64,000 nt of DNA from Octopus sinensis. Taxonomy: Eukaryota. Position 1 is the first letter of the stretch. Each line of letters opens with the position of its first letter. The stretch spans positions 2,666,001-2,730,000 of the forward strand of contig NC_043005.1 in NCBI RefSeq assembly GCF_006345805.1. Reading direction: 5' to 3'. The translations under genes and the position numbers were made by a program. Positions 54,857-64,000 of this stretch are shown here, piece after piece. The notes beneath the pieces are model-generated. The model was not told the origin of the DNA, searched no databases, and saw only the letters and a program-made list of their open reading frames with translations.

Positions 54857-55756
54857 GGATATAGTATGTGTGGTGCAAGATATTGTGTGTGAGTGTGGTG
54901 TTGTGAATTTAGTCTGTTGCTGAACTAATTCACAGCCTGGTCACCATGACCAGCCACCATCCTATCTTTTTGCTACCATTACAAGAGGGGTGGAAATCTT
55001 GAGAGGTATAAGCACCAGTTATACTGTTATACTTGGTTAGTTAACTTTGTAACTAGTTAAATATTGGTTTCAAATTTTGGCACAAGACCAGCAATTTGGG
55101 GTTAGTTGATTACATTGACCCCAGAGTTCAACTGGTACTTATACTACCAACCCTGAAAGGATGAAAGATAAAGTCGACCTTGGCAGCTTTTGAACCCAGA
55201 ACATAAATTCAGAAGTAATTCCACTCTGTACCTTTTCTGGTGCATTAATGATCCTACAAGCTGATGGCCTAATAATTAATTAAATGTTAATTTGCAAACT
55301 GAGCATCTGAAATCTGATCTGCAAGGTTTGATCGAACTCAGAGCAAATTCTGAAGATGATCCACAGTCCAGTCTATGGTCAAGAACTAGCGATATCAATG
55401 TCCAATACTGCTGCCATCTGCCACACAGTTAAGGAATCGATTGCAGAGAATCTAAAAGGGGGCAGGGAGTGGGAGGGGGGACTAGGCAATGTGCAAACTT
55501 ATACAGGTTTCTCATATCTAACTCTAACCCCATCATCTCCTGTCTCAATTCTTCCTCAAATTTCTAGCAACATCCTTGCATTTATTCTTGCACCTTTATA
55601 AAGGTGCATCTGCAAAAATTCAACCAAAGTTGATATCAACAATTGAAGGAGGCCTCCAATGACCCTCACCACTGTCCATACTCCTTTCACTAAGAAACAG
55701 TTGAAACAGAACAGAAGCATCATTTTAGCATCTTTCATTTTCATATTTCTGTTGAA

Positions 55757-56051
55757 ATACATTCTCTTTTATTTCGTTTTTGGATTTGGTTTGCAAGATT
55801 CTTTATATGAGTTTATGTGTTGAAGCATATTCTGTTGTGTCTGGGGAGAGTCATTTTCTTTTTGTGCCTTATAGTGTAACACACTCACCGGTAAAATTTC
55901 CACTTATTTCTTATTTTCATTTTCCTAAAATTTTCGTTGTGTCTTGCAACCTTTTCAATAGTCAGGACTATTTTACTGGTGAGTGTGTTACATTATAAGG
56001 CACAAAAAGAAAATGACTCTCCCCAGACACAACAGAATATACATTCTCTTT
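55757..56051. mobile_element. Short insert with ~70-bp inverted repeat and 13-bp target-site duplication
   Basis: atacattctcttt at 55757-55769 and 56039-56051. Arms at about 55827-55897 and 55970-56040. Confidence 0.75.
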
Positions 56052-59000
56052 GTCTCAGTGAATTTTGAAAATAATGAAGAATTTAGCCAAAAGTAACTTT
56101 GTCGTTATTAATCTGGCGTTTGGAACAGAAATTAACAGGAAATTTTGATAGGAGTTTTTGATTTAGATTTATTTTAAAACAAGAAAATGGTATTACAGAG
56201 GCAGAGGTGGTCACATGTGGGTTGATACCAAAATGGTTAAGAACACAGTTTTCATTATTTCTTAATGAAACAGTTTAAATGATGAAGGATAGAATATTTT
56301 ATTGCATTTCTGAAAACCAGTTAATTTCATAATTCTACTGCTTTCATCATTAAAATTAAATTTTAAAAACAGTTGAACACTGAAGATTAATTAGTTACTT
56401 CTAACGAGCTTCTATGAACCCAGGTCAACAACAGACATGAGATAAACAATCACCTAAAATGGTAGTTTTTGATGTGTGTGTGTGTGTGTGTGTGTGGTGA
56501 GGTATACTGAGGGAATCTGGAAGAAAGGTGAATTAGTAGAATGTTTTGAATACCTGTTGGGAAGAAACCAGAAAAATAAACAGTTAGAGATGATGAGGTT
56601 AACATCAGCTGAAGAGGAACAAACTAGCACTGAGGTATTAAAAGACTTCCATGAGTTTTGTGCCACAAGAATCGGCAGATGACAACAGCTGTCACATATT
56701 CCAAAGCATTGTCTTGCAGCAGACATTTTCATTTGTGCCATCCATTTTACTAAACAGTGACACACAGAAGCCACCTGGCAACTGGACTGAGCTGCACTGG
56801 ACAATGGCTCATCTAAGGAGATTAAATATTGGTTCATTGGCTGAGGAGGTATTACAGGTATTTTGTATTCTATCACAGGAAGTTGTATTGTAATGTAGAC
56901 AGGACACAGAACCCTAATTGGCCCCAGCGACAGTAGCAGAGGTAATTAGATGCTAATGGCTTTAATGATTGATTCATTGAACTAGAGACACCAAAGATTT
57001 CTGATAACTGGGTGGGTGTCTTGGCTCAGGAACTGAATTCCTGTTTACCTGGTAAGAAAATTACCAGTTTAACAGGTAACGGCTCATTAATGATAGGCTG
57101 AGTTAATTAGAAAGAGTCAGGACGGACACAACACTGAAGCCAAACCCAGAATTGATCACTGTCCAAAATAATGGTTGTTTGAGACTCTGTGGAATTGGTT
57201 GTACAAGAGTTGTGCTTTCTGACTAAACATCTACCATCTACCATCAAAATATATTCCTGACAACAAACAATTGCATTGAATTACTTGATTATTTGCCAGT
57301 GAAATGAAACAGGTGACATGACAATATTTACTTTCTTTTTTTTTTATGATTCCAATGATTTATATAAAATAACATCTTTTATATTCAATGAGAAAAGTTG
57401 GCCACAACATAAACAGCAATTTTTCTCAGAACTAACAAGATATTCTTGTATGATGAGAGAGAAACATCTAACATTAATTATGTTTCTGTTAACAGAGTTA
57501 ATTAATAACTTATTAGTAGTAATGATATTAATTAGTTTTGACCATAATTAGTCCATAAAAATCTCGTCAGTGTCACTAAATGAAGCACACATTTGGTAAA
57601 AGAATTAGTCAAGAACACACCAAGAAGACAGACCCCCTGGCTGTTGGTGCCATAAAAACTCCTATGGTTGATCCAATTGTCTAAATCAAGCTTAATCCCA
57701 CTAAATCATGTTATTAACATCATCTACATCAATACCATCACTAGTAATAATCTGGCAATTACATCTTTAAATAAGGATCCAAATTTCATATTTGATGAAA
57801 ACATGTCTTCTACAGGTTACAACTTTGTAACTCCTCTTGGTGAACGAAACATGTGCAATGGTGAATAAAATGAAAAAATGAAAATTCTCCTGTTTTGAAA
57901 TCATTACAGAAAATATTTTCCTATATTCTGAACTCTTAAGCGTGTGTCACACAAACATAACATCTACATAGAGATCTGGAATACTAGAATTAGGAGATGT
58001 GCTTTTAAGGGGACACAATTTGGATTTGAACCCTATCTACATATGTAAGGATCCCCAATACACATTGCCAGGATGAAAGCTTCAATAATGAATTAAACAC
58101 TGTTCTCCAATAAATAATATACACCTGTATTCCAGGTATTTTCTTCTGTTTGCACACATAACTGCAGGTGTATACAGATCTGTGGGTGGGTGTGTATACA
58201 CTGACACACATCCACATCCACATAGTTTCACCTAATCCTAAATCTTTACACTCATCCCTAATAATCCTGAGTTGACAGAGTCTGATGCTCTCTCGATTCT
58301 TTTTTCAGATACAAAAAGACTCAAAATAAGAGTCACCATAACATTCAGGCTTTCTTTTAACATCCTAAATAAAGACAGTATATTCTAGATGAAAGAATCA
58401 AAACTAGGAATTTGTCACTAGGGCTGAATAATAAACCATTATTTAGTTCCTGACTTTAAACAAAAAAAAAAAGCTTAAAATTTGATCTTTGGAACTTTGG
58501 TTTTTCACAGACAATTGTGAGTCTGTTTTTGTTTTTCTTCAACCCAAACCTTTGCATTGTTATCAACGCCCTCTTCAAATTACCAAATTACAATGGTTTC
58601 AGTTTTTAATAGTTTGAACCCAAACTACAATTGTCAACAAACTATTTTCTAACCAATGCTCCACAAACCATTTTTTACAGAACAAATTGGTTCTTGGTTT
58701 TGTTTCATGTTTGATTGTTGTTGTTTTTTGTTTCTCTTTTGATAACTGGAAGACACCAAACCATTTCCTTCCATGACAAACTCAAACAAAACCAGTTTTA
58801 GTCCTAGATGACTTAATTATTTCTAATAATTATTTAAATATTTTAATGAAATCTGCTGTAAATGTGTTTCACTTTCTGTTTAAAATATTCAACAACTTGA
58901 AAGAATTTAGTGAAATACTTTCCCAGTCATTAAATTGATGTTTCGAACTTAACAAACGGTCCCTGCAAAGAACTGTGATAAAAGGAGTCAACCTAAGTAT

Positions 59001-59121
59001 ACCCTTTGTATCATAGAACCAAAAACAGTCTCAGACAGGTTCAGCATGAACAGTTTTTGTTTTTTTAACTGATGGAAAATTAACAGTCCATTATTACTAT
59101 TATCACTATTATTATTATTAT

Positions 59122-59274
59122 TGCCTTTGCACAGCTTCTAACGCTGGAGATGTACTACAGTGTCAGCTGTTCCCTACCAGTGAACTAAGGTAACACCCCT
59201 TATTTTTCGAGCACCTTCCAGAGTATTCGAGCGGATCGAAGCAGAGCTGTTTTCTGCAAGTCCTCCACCCTTAT
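59122..59274 (-). mobile_element. Short Dong/R4 3' end inserted in (ATT)n
   Basis: IRVEDLQKTALLRSARILWKVLEK* plus the family 3'UTR (cagctgacac...gaagctgtg). ATT repeats lie on both sides. Confidence 0.85.
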
Positions 59275-60663
59275 TTTATTATTATTATTATTATTATTAT
59301 TTTCACTATTATTTAAGGTGAAGAACTGGCAGAATCGCTAGCACACCAGACAAAATGTTTAGCGGCATTTCTTCCGGCTCTTTTCGTTCTGAGTGAAAAT
59401 TCCACCAGGGTCAACTTTACCTTTCATCCTTTCAGGGTCGATAAATTAAGTACCAGTGAAACATTGGGGTCAATGTAATCAACTAGTCAGTTCCCTCCCC
59501 CAAAATTTCAGGCCTTGTGCCTATACTAGAAAGGATTATTATAATCATTATTATTATTAAGGCAGAGAGCAGGGAGAATCATTACTATGTCAGATAAAAT
59601 GCCTGGCAGCATTTCATTTATCTTTATATTCCAAGTTCAAATTCTGCCAAGGCCAATTTTGCCTTTCATCCATTCAGGGTCAATAAAATAAGTAACAGTT
59701 AAGCACTAGGGTCCCTGGGCTCGAGCATCCGCCTCCCCCAATAACTTCAGGTTTGGTGCCAATAGTAGAAAGGAATATTATTTCACCTTTTTCACTGAAC
59801 TACAGTCACGCTGGGGCCAAAAGTTATACAACATTAGTATTACTGAAATATGTAAGACTGGACTCCTATAAATGTACCAATGGCTACGAGAATCAACATT
59901 ATCAATTCTATATGAATCACCATTATTCATAGTCACTGCCCCTCATTCTGGGGTAAATTTATACTATCGGAAAATTTGGGGGGTCATTTCATGTGGAACA
60001 TTCAAGGAGAGATTTTCATCAATTCCTCCAAAAATTTATTTCCATTCCTCAGTTCTTATTAAACAAATTCATAAAAAAACACAAGTTTCAAGAATATGGA
60101 ATACAAAACAGGTATGAAAATATGAAGAACAGTTACATAAATGATGAAAATATACATACATATATATATATAGTTACATGGTTACATATATATATATGTG
60201 TATATATTTGTGAGGGAATATGTGCATATAAATACATATGTATATATAAACATACGTAATTATTTATAATTGGTATGTATATATATATGTGTGTGTGTGT
60301 ATGTATATATATACATATATAAACATATGTTTGCATACATATATATATATATATATACACACATATGTATACATATATACATATATACACATGTATGTAT
60401 ACATATATATATATATACATACACACACACACACACATATATATACATATAAAATTATGTATAGTTTTATATATATATATATAAATACAGGCCTCTATAT
60501 ATATATATATATATACATATATATATAATATACGCATATTTATATATACATAAAATTAACATCTAGCCAAAAAAAAAAAGAAATGCAAATAAAAAAAGGA
60601 AGAAAAGATAGAAAATGTGGGCGTGGCGTTTCACCGGGCCCAAGAGGATTAATGTACACTTAC

Positions 60664-60763
60664 TGAATCTCGTCAGTCAAGGCACCTAACTGTTGCCGCA
60701 GGGCACATGCCTCATCTCTCTGGGCCTTAGATTCGGCCTGAAGTTGTCGACAGTGTTCCGACG
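60664..60763 (-). CDS. MLXIP: Mondo-family (MLXIP/ChREBP-like) gene, internal exon encoding end of bHLH helix 2 and leucine zipper
   Basis: Acceptor ctgactcgtctccctattgtag and donor CA|GTAAGT. 100 bp, phase 1 to phase 2. Translates xSEHCRQLQAESKAQRDEACALRQQLGALTDEI, which aligns by eye with MondoA TVEYITKLQQERGQMQEEARRLREEIEELNATI. Upstream exons lie beyond the window or were not recognised. Confidence 0.85.
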
Positions 60764-62599
60764 CTACAATAGGGAGACGAGTCAGAATTTTGGGTAAGGG
60801 CTGTCCCCTGAGTACAGGGGACCCATCGTGTACCATACGCAAGGTGCCCATTGACGATAATTGCCTTTATTGAATTATTAAACAATTAACTATTACTACT
60901 ATTACAATTATTATTACTACTACTACTACTACCCCTACTACTGCTACTAATTCACTATTGTTAATACACCTCCTCATGTGACCATCAAATAGTATAATTG
61001 AGGTGATTAGAATAATATATTCATATTTATGCAGTTTTTAGTAAACAATTCCTGAAATTAAAATGTTTTTCTTTTTTTATTCTGAACATCTCAGCCCCCC
61101 CCCCCCCTGGCTTTGATAGAATTTTTCTCTTTAATGTCTCACTTTGAAATTTCAAAGGCAAAAAAGTTTCTTTTTCTTTTTTACTTCAAGAATTCCACAC
61201 AGCTATCTCATGAAATTCCATGTTGAAAGTTTCGATAATTTTCACATTATGATCATAAAAAACTTCATTTGAAGAACATAAGAAATTCCACGTCAACTTT
61301 GATAGGAATTCCATCATCAGAAACAAGCTTCATGTCTGCAGAATGGAACCAGCAAATAACTAAAACCCTTCCTTTCTTACAAACCAAACAAAAAAAGAAA
61401 AAAAAACAATTCTTCATCACAAGACTACTGAGATTGCAATGGAACCTAGAATGGCAAACAAATTCATACTTGGGGTTTCCTTTTATGAGAGGAAACCCAA
61501 ACAATTTATAAATATATGTTTTGTGCATGTGAATGTGAAAGTGTGTAAGGGAGAGTGTGTTTTTTTTTTGTGTGTGTGTGTGTGCATATCTTGATATATA
61601 TATATATATATATATATAGGAGATAAATAAAAATATATGCATACATACAAACATATATGTACGTACCTACATCTACATGTATATATACATGCATATATAA
61701 ATAATTATACGGAAGTACAGGACATCACAATAAGACGTAGAAACAGAAAAAGCCAAAAAACAAAAAACAAGAAAACGGAAAACGAAAACCAAATACAGGA
61801 CAGGTTACACAAGGACAAAACCCCCGTCATCAGCTGTCGCTAGAGGAGTCAGGCATGTTTCGAAGGCATAACAGAACACTAATCCAATAGGCCTTCCTGC
61901 GAGAGAATTAAAATAAAATTTCAAGCAGCGGGGCACAATGAGTACGAACACAAACAAGACGTAACAATAAGACTGCAAAATTAAAATACAAGTACAAAAA
62001 CAAACAACAAGAGGACGAACGAAAAAGCCTTTTTTCTGGCATAGACAAACAATAAAACTGCAAAAATAAAATACATGTACAAAAGTACAATTAGTTACAA
62101 AACGAGAAAATAACAAGAATACTATACAGGAAATTAACCACACAAGGGGACGAACGAAGAAGCCTTTTTGCTGGCAAGGACGAAAGTGTAGTAGCAGCGC
62201 GTGGAGGCAGTCTTTTCAATAGTGGTAACCACGTGTAAAGGAATTTTGTTTTATAGGCAAGGAAGAGGGAAGGAGGAGGGGGAACACGCGGCGAAGAAGA
62301 GGAGGAGGGGGAGGGAGAAAGATTGAAGAGGTTAAAGCAAAGGGAGAGAGTACCGCATCTTCAATATAATAATATTAATATAAAAAAGGGGACCAGAAGT
62401 GGATCGAAACGACGAATATATATATGTAGGGGGGGTGCTGGACAGATGTGGTGTTTTTACACCTTTCTGCAATAGAAGAGAATTTCTTCTCCCCACAAAC
62501 TGCAGTGAGTCTGTCTATACAAGTTGGAATATGTCACAAACCTATTTCAACTAACCTCTTTAAAGGTGAAACAGTTACGTGCTGAGGGTGTCACATCAG

Positions 62600-63055
62600 G
62601 CTGTAAAACAGCTCTGCAGGTGTTTCAGCCTCTTCCACTGCCCAGTGCCACCCACTGATGTACAACAGTACAAGCTTTGTTGAGTGTGACTCTGGTCCTG
62701 AGGATATTTCTGGTGGCTCTACTCTTCTCCCTTCAGCCAAATGTTATATAGTTTGCTTTCTCAGTGGCTTCTGACAATTTTCTGCCAAAATCTTTTCTTT
62801 CTTTTGCAATTAGTTCAAGACTCTTGAGCCCTGAGTGAACCCTGGTTCCAACAACTCCACTAACACCTTATCCCTACAGGAAGGCATTCTGCCTCCCATC
62901 CGTTTCACCCAACCAATTCTATTTAGTGTCTTTCCAGAAGGAAGCATTTTCTATGTTTGCTTCCCAGAGAAGTGTCAACACTAGAATCTTTACCAGCTTC
63001 TGTTATTCGCACCATAAGACAATGTTGGGCCCTTTTATGGTGAGAAGTGATATTT
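62600..63055 (-). mobile_element. Degenerate Hero/NeSL-like restriction-like endonuclease fragment
   Basis: TIKGPNIVLWCE*QKLVKILVLTLLWEANIENA resembles the RPDIVLWS...ELTVPWE motif. Abuts the CR1 fragment. Confidence 0.55.
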
Positions 63056-64000
63056 CACAAGAAGACTTTTTGAGATTAGTGTTGTGGAGGGAGTAAGTAG
63101 ACACTGGGTTTTTCCTCCCAAAATGCATGGTGGTACATTTGTCCACAGCCAGCTTGAGTTGCCAGTCCATGATCCACTGCTGCATTGTGTCCAGGTCTGA
63201 TTGCAAGAAAGATCTATAGTGTACAGGATCTGTCCTCTTTACTTCAAGGTACAGCTTGATGTCATCTGCATATTTCAGCACTGTGGCATTCTTTAAGTTG
63301 GCATCTATGTCATTAACATATGCAACAAATAAAAGGGGGCCAAGAACAGATCCCTGTGGTACACCAGATGTCATCTCATAGGGTGAAGAGTGCTGTCCTA
63401 GAACTGTGACAACCTCTTTTCAGCCGAAAATAAAGGACTTCAACCAGTTATGGAGTTCGTCTCTTATGTCCAATACAGAGAGTTTCACCATAAGTCTTTT
63501 GTGTGGCACAGAGTTAAAAGCCTTAGCAAAGTCCAGGTAAACAACATCCACCCAGGATCTGCCATCAGTGATTCGGGTAATGTCCTCAAGAAACTCGATG
63601 AGTTGATTACAGCAGCTGGAGTTAGGAATAAATCCAAATTGTGACGGCTAGATGAGGCTGTGAGACTTCCAGAAGTTCTAGAGGGTTTCCCTGACACAGG
63701 ATTCCATCAGTTTGGCAATGCAGCTAGTAAGACTAATGGGGCAATAGTTGACAGGCGATGTGCGGTCGCCTTTTTTGAACAGAGGGATAACACTGGTAGT
63801 TTTCCACTGCTCTGGAGTAACACCATTGTCAAGACAGAATTGGAAGAATAGAGAAAGTTGGTTTAGAAGAAAGTACCCACTGCGTTTGAGAAGTAGGTAT
63901 GTAACACCATCGAGATCAGGAGAGGCATAGTTGCATTTGTTCTTAAGGTGGCGTTGCAGCATTGCTGGTGTAAATTGCATAGTAGATATAGAGTCCGGTG
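63055..64000 (-). mobile_element. CR1-clade LINE RT fragment running off the window
   Basis: VIPLFKKGDR...NYCPISLTS, SQFGF, VYLDFAKAF, SGVPQGSVLGPLLF, YADDIKL and DLDTMQQW. In-frame stops present. Confidence 0.92.

Noticed and set aside
56454-56893. Extra Mondo exon or nested gene
   Set aside because: The flanking Mondo exons already join in frame with no gap in homology, and these ORFs match nothing I recognise.
60660-60851. Standalone 63-aa ORF or uORF
   Set aside because: Only 60763-60664 is exonic. The ATG portion is intron and the stop lies in the GTAAGT donor.

Overview
Eukaryotic, microsatellite- and retroposon-saturated DNA. The SINE and LINE repertoire looks like an octopus or other coleoid cephalopod genome (inference from remembered repeat families, not a search). 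One host gene is readable: the last four coding exons of a minus-strand Mondo-family (MLXIP/ChREBP-like) bHLH-ZIP gene at 60763-60664, 51455-51332, 48651-48522 and 47078-46228. The four exons splice in frame. One intron carries minor-spliceosome (U12) signals, and the last exon adds a ~250-aa low-complexity tail. The rest is decayed non-LTR elements (Dong/R4, L1-Tx1, RTE-BovB, CR1, Hero-like, a Naiad-like Penelope element), three tRNA-derived SINE families, Helentron-type non-autonomous elements and simple repeats. The most unusual signal is about a dozen hammerhead-ribozyme-like motifs in short Penelope-type inserts within (TA)n tracts. They include covarying stems, variant cores and one candidate with a non-standard strand order. 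Repeat boundaries are approximate (tens of bp). Splice coordinates were read base by base.
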